This document shows positions 9,859 through 20,371 of a stretch of 64,000 nt of DNA, piece after piece. The DNA comes from an uncultured Verrucomicrobiae bacterium. Lineage in GTDB: Bacteria > Verrucomicrobiota > Verrucomicrobiia > Limisphaerales > Palsa-1400. The translations under genes and the position numbers were made by a program. How positions within the stretch are numbered: the first letter of the stretch is position 1; the number at the start of each line of letters is the position of its first letter. Location: contig OY969763.1 in the NCBI GenBank assembly GCA_963702845.1, positions 3,872,001 through 3,936,000 on the forward strand, in the 5' to 3' direction. The notes beneath the pieces are model-generated. The model was given only the letters and a program-made list of their open reading frames with translations. It did no database searches and had not been told where the DNA came from.

Positions 9859-10323
9859 TTACTCCATTAACTCGAACGCCTGGGCCGACAGAACTTCGTC
9901 TGCCGCTTTCACTGCCTCGTGCGTCTTCGGATTCCAAATTTCAAATTTATCGAGCAGACCGACCATCACCACTTCATCGTCCGATTTGATGTTCGCCGCG
10001 TCTGCGAGGTCCTGCGGAACGCAAATACGCCCCGCACTGTCTAAAGCCACTTGGGCCGACTGACTGCCGATCTGGCGTTTCAATGAGCCGCGCTTATCAG
10101 CCGGCATCGCGTCCAGTTCAGCCATTAACTTGGCCATTTCGGTTGGAGGCAGGACTCTCAAACACACCCCCGCTTTGTGTCTTGGCCAAACAATGAGCGT
10201 AAATTCCGTGCCAGGCTTCGACGGGCGCCATTTAGACGGGATTTGCACACGTCGCTTCTCGTCCACCCCGTGGCGATATCGCGAATTGTATACGCAAATC
10301 TCATTTGTAGGTTCGGTAGCCAT
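9859..10323 (-). CDS. mraZ: Transcriptional regulator MraZ
   Basis: two AbrB-like repeats VDEKRRVQIPSKWR and LDSAGRICVP, plus VGLLDKFEIW. Confidence 0.95.
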   Translation of the reverse strand: MATEPTNEICVYNSRYRHGVDEKRRVQIPSKWRPSKPGTEFTLIVWPRHKAGVCLRVLPPTEMAKLMAELDAMPADKRGSLKRQIGSQSAQVALDSAGRICVPQDLADAANIKSDDEVVMVGLLDKFEIWNPKTHEAVKAADEVLSAQAFELME

Positions 10324-10336
10324 ATCGGCATTTACT

Positions 10337-10402
10337 CCACACTCTGCCCCACTTCACTACTTTCTGCCCCACCTTTATCCACGATACGACACTTTGCGTC
10401 AA
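10337..10402 (-). promoter_or_regulatory. dcw promoter with phased MraZ-type boxes
   Basis: GTGG/GTGGG repeats on minus strand about every 10 nt (plus-strand CCAC/CCCAC at 10337, 10348, 10368, 10379; variants at 10357, 10389); TTGACG -35-like at 10397-10402. Confidence 0.75.
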
Positions 10403-10431
10403 CTATTTTGTTATCAAAAAATCAGGAAATC

Positions 10432-10451
10432 TTATCCCCAAGTTATTCACA
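10432..10451 (+). promoter_or_regulatory. Tandem DnaA-box-like 9-mers
   Basis: TTATCCCCA (10432-10440, one mismatch) and TTATTCACA (10443-10451, matches TTWTNCACA). Confidence 0.55.
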
Positions 10452-10498
10452 ACCGATACTGGGGGAAAACCGATCAACTCGGCTTTTGGAAGTGAACT

Positions 10499-11425
10499 CT
10501 ACTTTTTCGGTCGGAAACCGGGCGGAAGATTGGATTTTGCGGCTAGTTCCGAGTCTTCCGCGACTGCGGGTGCAACAGAGGCTGTGGTTTCTTCTGCGGC
10601 AGATTCGACAGCAACAGCTTCTTCCGGCAAACCCAATTTTTGGCGAGCTTTTTTCGCAGCCGACGTTTGCGGATGCTCGGAGGTGATGCGGTGGAGCAGC
10701 GCCTGCATTTTATCCTGCTGGCCCAGCTTTGCGTAGATATTACACAGATGAATCGCAGCTTTACCCCAATGTTCCGGCGGCAATTTCTGTTTTATCACTT
10801 CTTCGTATTCGAGTGCCGCGGCGAGCGGGTTCTTGAGATCTTTCTCGTAAATTTCAGCGATGCGCAAGGCAACGTATTGTTCGCGCGGATTTTTCTTCAA
10901 GTAATCGCGCATGAGCTGAATTGCCTCGAGATGATTGCCGTTGGCCCATACTTGCTCGGCGTGTTCGTATTCGGGATCGCGCTGGCCTTCGCCGTTGTCG
11001 TTGAATAGAAAATCGACCGCTTGGTTTCCCATGTATTGGGTCACGTCGTAGGCTATCAACAGCCCGAGCAATATCGCACTGATGATAAACGCGGCCAGAG
11101 AACCCATAACGGAACCACCAGTGGCATGTGTAGCAACTTTTGTCTCGTCGTGTGATGCTTTCTTGGATGCGGCATTGGTCGCCGATGGTTGATTCGTAGT
11201 TTGAGCGGCGGCCACGATGTTGGTTGTGCCGTCCGCATTCGTCGTGACGCTAGTCGTGTTAGTGTCGGCGACCGCGTTCGTTGGTTCTACCACAACAACA
11301 TTCGTTTCATCGATGGGCGCCCGGGCGATAGGCATGCTCTTGTAATTGTGATAGAAGCCATAGGCGAACCAGATGACCAGGAACACCAATACCGGATATA
11401 GGTATAATTTGAGCTTCTCGAGCAT
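10499..11425 (-). CDS. Membrane protein with two TM helices and C-terminal TPR-like helical repeats
   Basis: hydrophobic segments flanking a T/N-rich linker; AIQLMRDYLKKNP and ALRIAEIYEKDL TPR-like repeats. Confidence 0.8.
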   Translation of the reverse strand: MLEKLKLYLYPVLVFLVIWFAYGFYHNYKSMPIARAPIDETNVVVVEPTNAVADTNTTSVTTNADGTTNIVAAAQTTNQPSATNAASKKASHDETKVATHATGGSVMGSLAAFIISAILLGLLIAYDVTQYMGNQAVDFLFNDNGEGQRDPEYEHAEQVWANGNHLEAIQLMRDYLKKNPREQYVALRIAEIYEKDLKNPLAAALEYEEVIKQKLPPEHWGKAAIHLCNIYAKLGQQDKMQALLHRITSEHPQTSAAKKARQKLGLPEEAVAVESAAEETTASVAPAVAEDSELAAKSNLPPGFRPKK

Positions 11426-11496
11426 GTGCTGTCTGTAAATGAAACAACATTTTGAAAAAACACAAAGGGTTTTTCGACGCACACCCCCCACTGGCA

Positions 11497-11535
11497 AAAT
11501 CCGAAATCCGAAATTCGAAGCACGAAATGATGAAT
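11497..11535. repeat. Heptamer tandem repeat (AAATCCG)n, degenerate
   Basis: aaatccg aaatccg aaattcg aagcacg aaatgat. Confidence 0.7.
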
Positions 11536-11579
11536 TTTAGGTTAGAGAGTCGCCATCTTGTCTCGTACATTCCCAGTGA

Positions 11580-12638
11580 GTGCGCACCGCCGATTTTAAC
11601 TTTGAATTACCGCCAGAATTGATCGCGCAAAAGCCAATGCCGGCGCGCGACCAGTCGAGACTTTGTGTGCTGGACCACAAAACAGGCGAGATTCTGCATC
11701 GCCGCTTCCCTGATTTGCTCGAATATTTGAAAGCAGGCGATGTGCTGGTGCTGAACGACTCGCGGGTCATCCCTGCACGGCTGCGGGCCGTGAACCCGAA
11801 AACGGGTGGGCATTTTGAAGTGCTGCTTCTAGAAGAAGTCTCACCGAACAATTGGTGGGCGATGATGAAACCGGGCAAACGCGCTCCAATTGGCACACGG
11901 ATACAACTGCTCGATCTACAAAAACAGCCCACGCCGATCGAGGCGGTCGTGGAAGAAGTGAACAGCGAAGGCCATCGCCGCCTGCGTTTCGAGCACACGC
12001 CAAATATTCTGAACGAGCTCGATCGACTCGGCGAAGTGCCAGTGCCGCCATATATTGAACGCGCGGCGCCACAGTCCGAAGATCGCGAGCGATATCAAAC
12101 AGTTTACGCGCATGACGCGGGTTCAGTGGCAGCGCCGACTGCCGGCCTGCATTTTACCAACGAACTGCTAGAACGAGTTCGAGAGCGCGGGGTCAAAGTC
12201 TGTTTCGTCACATTGCACGTTGGCCTGGGCACATTCGCGCCGGTTAAAGCCGATAGCTTGGAAGAGCACATCATGCACGAGGAGCGGTTCAACATCAGTC
12301 CAGAGAGTGCTGAATTAATTAATGCGAGCGAACGCGTGGTTGCAGTGGGAACGACCACCCTTCGGGTCCTGGAAAGCGTCGCGCAACAAAACAATGGCAA
12401 CACTGTTCCGGGAAACGGCAGAACGAGAATTTTTATTTTCCCACCGTTTGAATTCAAAGTCGTGGACGCGCTCGTCACCAACTTCCATCTCCCCAGCTCC
12501 ACATTATTGATGTTAGTCAGCGCCTTTGCAGCACCCACGGAGACGCGCGGACGCAATTTGATGATGGGAACTTATGAAGAAGCGATTCGCGAACGTTACC
12601 GTTTTTTCAGTTACGGAGATGCGATGCTGATTAAGTGA
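11580..12638 (+). CDS. queA: S-adenosylmethionine:tRNA ribosyltransferase-isomerase
   Basis: LPPELIAQ, VLNDSRVIPARL, YQTVYA, GSVAAPTAGLHF, TNFHLP, YRFFSYGDAM. Confidence 0.98.
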   Translation: MRTADFNFELPPELIAQKPMPARDQSRLCVLDHKTGEILHRRFPDLLEYLKAGDVLVLNDSRVIPARLRAVNPKTGGHFEVLLLEEVSPNNWWAMMKPGKRAPIGTRIQLLDLQKQPTPIEAVVEEVNSEGHRRLRFEHTPNILNELDRLGEVPVPPYIERAAPQSEDRERYQTVYAHDAGSVAAPTAGLHFTNELLERVRERGVKVCFVTLHVGLGTFAPVKADSLEEHIMHEERFNISPESAELINASERVVAVGTTTLRVLESVAQQNNGNTVPGNGRTRIFIFPPFEFKVVDALVTNFHLPSSTLLMLVSAFAAPTETRGRNLMMGTYEEAIRERYRFFSYGDAMLIK

Positions 12639-13188
12639 TTGTCTCGGGACCCGAAAGCTTTTCATCAGCCTCAACTCGTCGCGCCATCAACCAGAGCACG
12701 TCAGATAATCGGTTTAGGAAAACGATTATCTCCGGGTTTTCCAGAGACTTGTTTTCATGCAAATGACACGCTTGCCTCTCTGCGCGACGGCACATGGTGC
12801 GAGCGACATCCAACGCAGCGGATGACGGGTTTTTGCCGGGAATAACCCAATCGTTGAAAACCAAACCGGCGCCTTCGAGTTCTTTCGCGAACGTGTCCAA
12901 CTTGGCAGTCATGCTTGTAGTCACAACAGAAAACCCGTCCTTCTTAAATCGTTCGAGGTCCTCTGTTTTGGTGGCGAGTTCGCCCATGAGTGCGATGAGA
13001 TCTTTTTGAACAGAAAAAATTCGCTCGGCAATGTACGGGCTGTTCGTGAGAGAGCGCGCCATTCCGAGAGCCGAGGTTAATTCGTCCACCGCGCCGTAAG
13101 CTTCAACGCGCGGATCACATTTTGAGACGCGGCGATTATACATCAAACCTGTGTCCCCTTTGTCGCCGGTCCTGGTAACGATACTCAT
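12631..13188 (-). CDS. pduO: PduO-type ATP:cob(I)alamin adenosyltransferase
   Basis: TRTGDKGDT, VEAYGAVDEL, ARTMCRRAER, LNRLSD. Confidence 0.93.
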   Translation of the reverse strand: MSIVTRTGDKGDTGLMYNRRVSKCDPRVEAYGAVDELTSALGMARSLTNSPYIAERIFSVQKDLIALMGELATKTEDLERFKKDGFSVVTTSMTAKLDTFAKELEGAGLVFNDWVIPGKNPSSAALDVARTMCRRAERQACHLHENKSLENPEIIVFLNRLSDVLWLMARRVEADEKLSGPETIT

Positions 13189-13197
13189 AAACGAATG

Positions 13198-13278
13198 CTA
13201 AGACTAAATTCTAAACGCTAAAGCGCGAAACTTGTATACAGAATTTTTCTTTAGCCTTTTACCTTTAGGCTTTAGGGT
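13198..13278. repeat. Inverted pair of degenerate heptamer arrays (CTAAA../..TTTAG)
   Basis: ctaagac taaattc taaacgc taaagc ... ttagcct tttacct ttaggct ttagggt. Confidence 0.55.
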
Positions 13279-13285
13279 TCGCTCG

Positions 13286-13870
13286 ATGACAACTGCCAAC
13301 AAAGTCACGATCATTCGGATTTTGCTGGTCCCGTTTTTCATTGTCCAGGTCATCTACTACAATCGCACGGGCAACGCGGTGAATTGGTATTGCGCAATCG
13401 CCTCGTTTTTTGCCGCAGCGGTCGCTGATGGCATCGATGGCTACATTGCGCGCCATTTCAATCAACGCAGCGAACTCGGCGCAATTCTCGATCCGCTTGC
13501 TGACAAACTATTGCTCGTATCGGGAATTATTCTGTTGAGCATGGAGACCCGCTATTTCGTGCGGATTCCAATTTATCTCACCGCGACGGTCATCAGCCGT
13601 GATGTCATCCTGTTGATTGGAATGGCGATTATTCATTACACGGGGACAAAATTTTCCGTGCGCCCGCATTTGACCGGCAAAATTGCGACGGTTCTGCAGA
13701 TGGCGACGGTGCTGTGGACTTTGATAAAACTAAATCCAACCGTCCTGCCCTACATCACAATCCCGGCGGCTGTCTTTACGGGCGTTTCAGGGCTGATATA
13801 TGTTATCGATGGCATGTCGCACTTGAACACGCATCCATCAAGCGGCCCGACGCCGCCGAATCCAGCATGA
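13286..13870 (+). CDS. pgsA: CDP-alcohol phosphatidyltransferase (PgsA-like)
   Basis: ANKVTIIR and the DGIDGYIAR...[10 protein letters not shown] signature. Confidence 0.85.
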   Translation: MTTANKVTIIRILLVPFFIVQVIYYNRTGNAVNWYCAIASFFAAAVADGIDGYIARHFNQRSELGAILDPLADKLLLVSGIILLSMETRYFVRIPIYLTATVISRDVILLIGMAIIHYTGTKFSVRPHLTGKIATVLQMATVLWTLIKLNPTVLPYITIPAAVFTGVSGLIYVIDGMSHLNTHPSSGPTPPNPA

Positions 13871-13905
13871 ACCGGATTACTATTTCCGATGTTATTATCC
13901 ATTTT

Positions 13906-14373
13906 ATGAGTCCAAACATTACGCTCAAAGAAGGCGACCCGGCTCCCGATTTCACTGCGCCAACCAACGGCGGCAGAACAATCAAGTTGTCGGATTTTCG
14001 CGGCAAAAACGTCGTGCTTTATTTTTATCCGAAAGACGACACGCCGGGATGCACGACGGAAGCGTGCAGTTTTCGTGATAACTTAAGCGACCTCACCAGG
14101 CGCGACGTCGTGGTTCTCGGTGTCAGCACCGATTCAGCGAAGTCGCACGACAAGTTTGTTGAAAAATTCAAACTTCCGTTTCCGCTTGTCTCGGACGAAT
14201 CGAAACAAATTGTCGAAGCTTACAATGCGTGGGGTGAGAAAAGTTTCATGGGGCGCAAATACATGGGCACACATCGCATCACGTTTCTAATCGCGCCTGA
14301 TGGAAAGATTAAGAAGATTTGGCCCAAAGTGAAACCTGCCGAGCACGTGGCCGAAATTCTGGAAGCTTTGTAA
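13906..14373 (+). CDS. bcp: Thioredoxin-dependent peroxiredoxin Bcp
   Basis: [21 protein letters not shown]. Confidence 0.95.
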   Translation: MSPNITLKEGDPAPDFTAPTNGGRTIKLSDFRGKNVVLYFYPKDDTPGCTTEACSFRDNLSDLTRRDVVVLGVSTDSAKSHDKFVEKFKLPFPLVSDESKQIVEAYNAWGEKSFMGRKYMGTHRITFLIAPDGKIKKIWPKVKPAEHVAEILEAL

Positions 14374-14395
14374 CTAACGCAAAGCCGTGAAAATC

Positions 14396-14441
14396 GCAAA
14401 GGCGCAAAGGACGAGTAGATCACTCGTTTTTGCGCCTTTGC
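14396..14441. terminator. Long hairpin between convergent bcp and greA
   Basis: GCAAAGGCGCAAA..ACGAGT-agatc-ACTCGT..TTTGCGCCTTTGC. Confidence 0.6.
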
Positions 14442-14449
14442 ATCAAAAA

Positions 14450-16322
14450 CTAAACCGGCGCAGGTTGTTCGACGGGCGCTTCAGGTGCAGTAGCAGGAGC
14501 CTCAGCCGTCTTGAAAGCCGCAATCGCATCGATGCGAAGGCGCTTCGTGGCGGAATCGGATTGCACTTCGACTTCTTCGCCGACCTTATGGCCGATCAAC
14601 GACTGCGCCACAGGGGTCAAATAGCTGATGACGCCTTTGTCAGGATCCGAATCCCATGCCCCGAGAACCGTGTATTTCTCCGCATGATTTTGTTCCAGGT
14701 CGGTAACATTGACGATCGTACCGATGCTGACCACGTCAGTCTTGGCGTTGCTGAAATCTGTTCCACGCGCGCGCACGAGTTGTGATTCCAACTCGGATTT
14801 GCGGCGCATGAGAATCTTCTGCATTTCCTTGGCCGCTTTGTATTCGTGGTTTTCGCGCAAGTCGCCGTAACTGCGGGCGATGGCGATTTCCTTTGAGTTC
14901 GCCGGAATCGCTTTTTGCACCAGCTCGGCATACTCGTTTTTGCGGCGTTCGAGACTTTCCCACGAAACCTGATAGGTCGTTTCCTGTTTGGTCGCCTCGC
15001 CAGAAATCATCGACTGCATCGCTGGATAGCTCTTCACGATACGTGCCAGCAATGAGCGCTTGTCCATATCGTCGAAGCACGGCGACAGTTGCAGTGCGCG
15101 GGTCAAATCTTTGATCACTTCGAGATCAGCCGATCCGATGAGTTCAACCAACAAAGTCGAATCATCTAAAATAAAATCGCGCAGCTTGTTGGAACGCTTT
15201 TCATTGAATTGATCGCGTTCCATGGCTGTAAGCATGGCGCGGAACACTTCAGGCCCGAGGATATCAGCGTATGTGTCGGAGCGTTCTTTCGCCAACCAGA
15301 GCAACAAGTCGCTGCTGGCCTGGTGTTGGCTGATCAAACGCGAAAGTAATTCTTTAAGGCGGTCCAATTTACCACCTTCGATCAGCGCGTCGGACATTTC
15401 GGTGGCGAGCTTGGTGGAGACATTGTTCAGCGCCCCAACCAAAGAGTCATCCCACTGAGGAGTCGCACTTTTGAACGATAGCAAAGATCGACGATGTTTC
15501 GCGCCGGGGATTGCTTCGAGCAAATGCCCCATCTTACGCATTTCCTGCTGCCAAATTTGGGCTGGAAGTGATTTCGCCTTCAGCGGCCGGCAGGCTTGCA
15601 GCTTCGCGAATGTCGTCGCGAACGAAAATCGCTTCGAGCGCGACAGATGGTTGCGTACGTTGATGGGTTGCTATTTCCGCGTTCAACGCCGCAATCACTT
15701 CCTTAGACACCACAGGCTTGTCGTTCAGATCCGAAAAATTGCGCAGAATTTCGTGTGCGACCGTGTGACGCGCCTTCAAACCTTTGGCAGCGCGGAATTC
15801 GGTCAGCAAACGGTCCTGCAGTGAAGTTTCCTTCACCTGATAAATGATCGGCTCGGACTTCTTGAGCGGCACCTGAAAATGGCCGTCTTTCTTCAGTTCA
15901 CGCTTCGCTGCTTCCCACCACTTCTTCCAATCATCTTTAATGACGTCAGGAACGAGGACCTGCTGAATCTGGTCCACCGTTGCTCTACCGTTGAAGCTTT
16001 GCAGAACTAATTTGATCAAATCGAGATGGTGCAAGGCTGCCATTTGGCGAAGATTTTCAATATCAGCAACTTTGCGCGCGTAAATGTGATCCTTGGAAAT
16101 GGGTTTGAGAGATTCGGCAGCGAACGCCAAATCCATCTTGTGACCCTTTTTCGTTTGAAAATCGATGACGAACTGGCCAAATACCGCATCAACCGTGGTG
16201 ATTTTTCCGAAACCCCAACTGCGATGCCAGCAATAGCCGTTATCGGTCAGCTGCAGCAGCGCGTCCATTTGGGGTCGGGAAATTTTTCCAGTGGCAACCA
16301 GCTTATCAAATTCTTCTTTCAT
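14450..16322 (-). CDS. greA: Long-form GreA transcription elongation factor (about 620 aa; apparent frameshift near 15550)
   Basis: C-terminal ARSYGDLRENHEYKAAKE and ISYLTPVAQSL; N-terminal HRSWGFGKI and WKKWWEAAKREL; ORFs 14450..15541 and 15534..16574 join. Confidence 0.9.
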
Positions 16323-16364
16323 TGAAATGTTCTCAGATCCCATATAGTCAGTTATTATTACGTA

Positions 16365-17636
16365 GTGAGTCTGCAAAAACCAAGAGAAATTGCCGCGCGC
16401 GTGCTTAAGCGCCGTCGTAGCGTGCACGAATACATCGAACGACTGCTCGAACTCGAACTCGGCGAGCTCGCGCCCGAAGATCGCGCGCTTTGCCAGGAAC
16501 TCGTCTACGGCGTCGTGCGCTGGCAAAAAACACTCGATTGGCTCATCGGCCGAAAAACCGGCGGCCGCGAGCAAATTCCCTTAGTTCACATTCTGCTGCA
16601 ATTGGGACTTTATCAACTTTTCTGGTTGGAACGCGTGCCCGACCACGCCGCCGTCCACGAGACGATTGAAATGGCAAAGAACATGCGCTTGGAGGCGAAG
16701 GCCGGGTTCATGAATGCCGTGTTGCGCGGTTACACCCGGGAACGCGACGAAACCCGAGCCGCGCTGGAAGCAATTGAAACAAACCGATCCCGCCATCGGA
16801 TATTCGCAACCCGATTGGTTCGTCGAACGCTGGCAACAGCGCTTTGGCAAAGAAAAAACGATCGCACTGCTCGAATGGAACAACACGCCCCCGCCGACTT
16901 TTGCGCGCATCAACACATTGAAAGCTGATGCGCGAAAGATAACACAACTGTGGGATTCGGAGCGCGTCATTTACAAAGCCGTCGAACGCGATTGGCTTGG
17001 CACCGACGAAATTTTCGAGCTGGAATCGCACCCATCGCTGAAAACGCTTCGCACATTCCAGGAAGGAATGTTTTATGTCCAGGACCCAAGCACGTTGCTC
17101 GCGGTTGCAGCTTTAGATGCGAAGCCCAGCGAACACGTGCTCGATTTCTGCTCCGCCCCTGGTGGCAAAACAACCTTCATTGCTCAGCGCATGGGCAACA
17201 CTGGCGAAGTCGTCGCCGAAGATGTCGATGCCGAACGCCTGAAATTGGTTGTAGAAAACTGCGACCGCCTCGGCGTGACCTGCGTTGCCACGAGCTCCGC
17301 CACGAAACAGTTTGACCGAATTCTCATCGATGCGCCCTGCTCCAACACCGGCGTGTTACGTCGCCGCGTGGAATTGCGTTGGCGAATTCAAGCCGAGGAA
17401 ATCACGCGTTTGCGCGAAACTGCAACTTTCCATTTTGGGCGATCGCCATCCAACGACTTAAGCCCGGTGGCACGCTCGTTTACAGCACGTGCAGTCTCGA
17501 ACCCGAGGAAAACCAGGAAGTGATCAAATCATTTCTCGCGAAGAACCGGATGTTCACCTTGCAAAACGAACGCCAATTCCTGCCGTTCGAAGATCAAGTT
17601 GACGGCGCGTATGTAGCAACTTTGAAGGCGAAATGA
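16365..17636 (+). CDS. rsmB: 16S rRNA m5C967 methyltransferase (NusB-like domain plus MTase; two apparent frameshifts)
   Basis: ELVYGVVRW, HAAVHET, YVQDPS, DFCSAPGGKT, DAPCSNTG, VYSTCS across three frames. Confidence 0.93.
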
Positions 17637-17674
17637 TCCTGTGAATCTTTGCGTCCTTTGCGTCTTTGCGTTGA

Positions 17675-19182
17675 TCACTTCTGCCCCCCGTTACCTTCTT
17701 CGAAATACTGGACGCCCTTGAACTCAGTGATTTTTAAATACTGCTCCCAGTGCTTCATCAGAATCTGTCTCGTCCTGGTCTGGGGCACGACCAAATTTTC
17801 CGGCAGCGAATTCTTCAGCGCTTCATAAAGAACGCGTCCATCCAGCTTTTCTTTCGGCTCAATCCCGAGCACGTGCAGCACAGTCGGCGTGACATCTAAA
17901 TTGCCGCTCGGCAGCTCGCTTTTGAGGCCTGCACGAAAATCTGGTCCGGCGGCGATGAGCGTATTGTGCATGTCGAATAGGCAAAGCGTCACATGGGCGC
18001 CCTGGCCCGGCTTGTAACTGGTGCCATCGGTCACGACTGTGCCCGGCACTCCGAAGCGATTGCGTCTTTGTTCCAGCGCAATGAGATGACGATGTCCGGA
18101 GCTTCCGGTGAATCGATGTGGACGGGTTTCAACGGGAACGTCGCAGGAATATTGTCGCGAGTAAAAATGACGCCCGTGTATTTCCAGCCCTGCAAAAACC
18201 TGACCACATCGGCAACGATTTTTCGGTCATGACCAATCACATAAACCATCGTCGAACCGCTGTTACTCGCGACAACGATGTCGCCGTCCTTCGGTTTGGC
18301 AGAATACTTTCGCGCTGCGTGAAATCCGGCTCGCGTCAGGTCGCCGGGCAAATCGGCATTGTCGGTGATGGTCGAACAGCCATGATCGGAAACGACGACA
18401 ACGTCTGTCGAATCACGAACACCTTTCTTCTCCAACGCACGCAGAATTTTCGCAAGGTTATCGTCTGAATTACGAATGGCGGCAAGCGCCTGCGGTGACC
18501 CTGGACTGTATTTGTGCTGCGCGAGGTCAGGTTGATTCATCCACACAAACGAAAAGGTCGGCACCTCGTTTTTCCACAAATTATTGAGCATGGCGTCGAC
18601 GGTCCAATCCGTTCGAGACGGCTTCGCTTCTTCTTCGGGAAAAGATCCAAAATGATTCGTCAGTTCCGCGCCCAATGACTCCGGCAACGCACCTCCGGCA
18701 TAGATATTTACTCCCTGTTTTGTGGTCGCGCGAGCTTTGCGATCCAACAACAGCGCAATGGGTTTCGAACCAACGACGACCGCTGTTCCACCGGACGCAC
18801 GAACCGTTTCCGCCAGTGTCGGAGCAGCGATGTATTCGCCGTGCTGAACTTCGTCGCCTTTGCGAACCGACGCCAAAGCTTCAGTATGCACATCCGCGAG
18901 TTCGTCGACGTAAGGCCGGTATTCATGGTTTCCCATGATGTGATTGCGCGCGGGATTCACGCCAGTCGCGATAACCGTGCCGTTCACTTCCGTAGCGCTC
19001 GGGTATGCGGCATGATGTTTGGTAAACGTGACACCCTGTTGCGAAAGCTGGAACAACGTCGGACAATTCGACGCGTTCACAAAATCCGGCCGCATGCCAT
19101 CCCACACGACGAGGACGACGTGTTTGGCGGCGTGGACGTGAATTGCAACGAGCGAAAAGAGACAAACAAGAAAGGAGCGCAT
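17675..19182 (-). CDS. Alkaline phosphatase superfamily / nucleotide pyrophosphatase (apparent frameshift near 18045)
   Basis: signal peptide, VVWDGMRPD, PSATEVN, QPDLAQH, VVSDHG, GNLDVTPT. Confidence 0.88.
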
Positions 19183-19186
19183 CAAA

Positions 19187-19239
19187 TGTTCAGTGTTTAG
19201 TTTCTAAAGCTGAATACTGAATACTGAAAACTGAACAGT
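19187..19239. repeat. Inverted heptamer arrays (TTCAG../CTGAATA)
   Basis: gttcagt gtttagt ... ctgaata ctgaata ctgaaaa ctgaaca; a similar array lies at 7307-7352. Confidence 0.7.
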
Positions 19240-19251
19240 GGCAAACTTGAA

Positions 19252-19464
19252 CTACACCGGAGTTCCGAACGTCTGCGTCTTCAGAATGGTAAGTTCGCTC
19301 AAATCAAACCACTCGCACTCCGGCCCATCCGGTTCCCGGCACATTTTGATTCGCTGACCGTCTGGCGAGAGTTCCATGACAAAACCTTCCAGGACACGCC
19401 GGTCATTGGGCCGATGCAGTTGGAACCGAACCCAATCATACTCCTTCAGAACCTCTGCTTGCAT
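19252..19464 (-). CDS. Small hypothetical protein, 70 aa
   Basis: ATG-started ORF filling the gap; beta-rich pattern; no family recognised. Confidence 0.55.
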   Translation of the reverse strand: MQAEVLKEYDWVRFQLHRPNDRRVLEGFVMELSPDGQRIKMCREPDGPECEWFDLSELTILKTQTFGTPV

Positions 19465-19553
19465 GAATAAAGATAGCGCGAGTCACCGCACCTGTCGCGG
19501 GATCGCTCTTGGCATCAGATGTTCACAGTTCTAGAGTTGGGCGAGGATCACGA

Positions 19554-19973
19554 ATGAGTGAAGAACGATCAATGCGATGGCCGATTTGGATTGCTATCAT
19601 CTTTCTTTGCGCCGTTATCTGCAGCCTTTATCTACCGCAACTCGCAACCAGCGGACGGCCAAGTCCGAAAAGTAATATCATACGAAAATGGCAGCTAGAA
19701 CAGATTGCGGTGGGCTGTGTCTATTACTTTGCGGATTACCATTCTTGGCCGACAAACCTCCAAAACCTATACAAAAATGGAAATGCACGGCATCTCGTCT
19801 TCGTAAACTGCCAAACAAACGATGCGTGGGGTCACTCAATTATGTACGAATCGTTCGATAATGCGCGAGGATTTGGACTGCTGAAGAGTCTTGGGCGAGA
19901 CGGCAACCCCGGCGGCACTGGCCTGGATCAGGACATCGAAATCCGATTCAACGCAAAAGGCGTTCTTCGATAA
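19554..19973 (+). CDS. GspG (type II secretion pseudopilin) C-terminal-like protein
   Basis: N-terminal TM helix; DAWGH...SLGRDGNPGGTGLDQDI resembles the GspG DPWG...S.G.DG..GG.G...DI motif. Confidence 0.65.
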   Translation: MSEERSMRWPIWIAIIFLCAVICSLYLPQLATSGRPSPKSNIIRKWQLEQIAVGCVYYFADYHSWPTNLQNLYKNGNARHLVFVNCQTNDAWGHSIMYESFDNARGFGLLKSLGRDGNPGGTGLDQDIEIRFNAKGVLR

Positions 19974-20312
19974 GTGAACGAAGACACTGCGCGAAACCTT
20001 GCGCCAACTTTGCCTCAGGCTTGCCGGAAGCTTTGCGGGCGCCTTGCGCTGGCTTTGCGGGGGTTTCCGGTCGGGTTCAGGAAGCTATGATGCCGCTGGA
20101 GATAGGCGCTCCGCGTGAGGCTTAAAAAAGTTTAAATCGTGAGAACTGACACGGGATTTAGCCCACGTTTTTTGGTCACACCAGATATGCGAGGCGTTGC
20201 CGGAACGCGCGCTTGCTTTGGGCGGTTTTCGTGAGATCAAACGTCATTCGGTGTGTTTGATTGCTGCAATGGTATTCTTGACGTTCACAGTCCCGGGCAG
20301 TTCCCCCCAATG

Positions 20313-20342
20313 CCAAAAGCGGTGGCAAGCCACCGCACTCCA
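20313..20342. repeat. REP-like half element
   Basis: CCAAAA GCGGTGGC-AA-GCCACCGC ACTCCA perfect palindrome. Confidence 0.6.
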
Positions 20343-20371
20343 TTCGCATCGCGACGATCCGATGCTTAACC

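Noticed and set aside
10324..10498. Replication origin (oriC)
   Set aside because: Only about three DnaA-like boxes in 175 bp, with no dnaA/dnaN context or clear unwinding element; a regulatory role is more plausible
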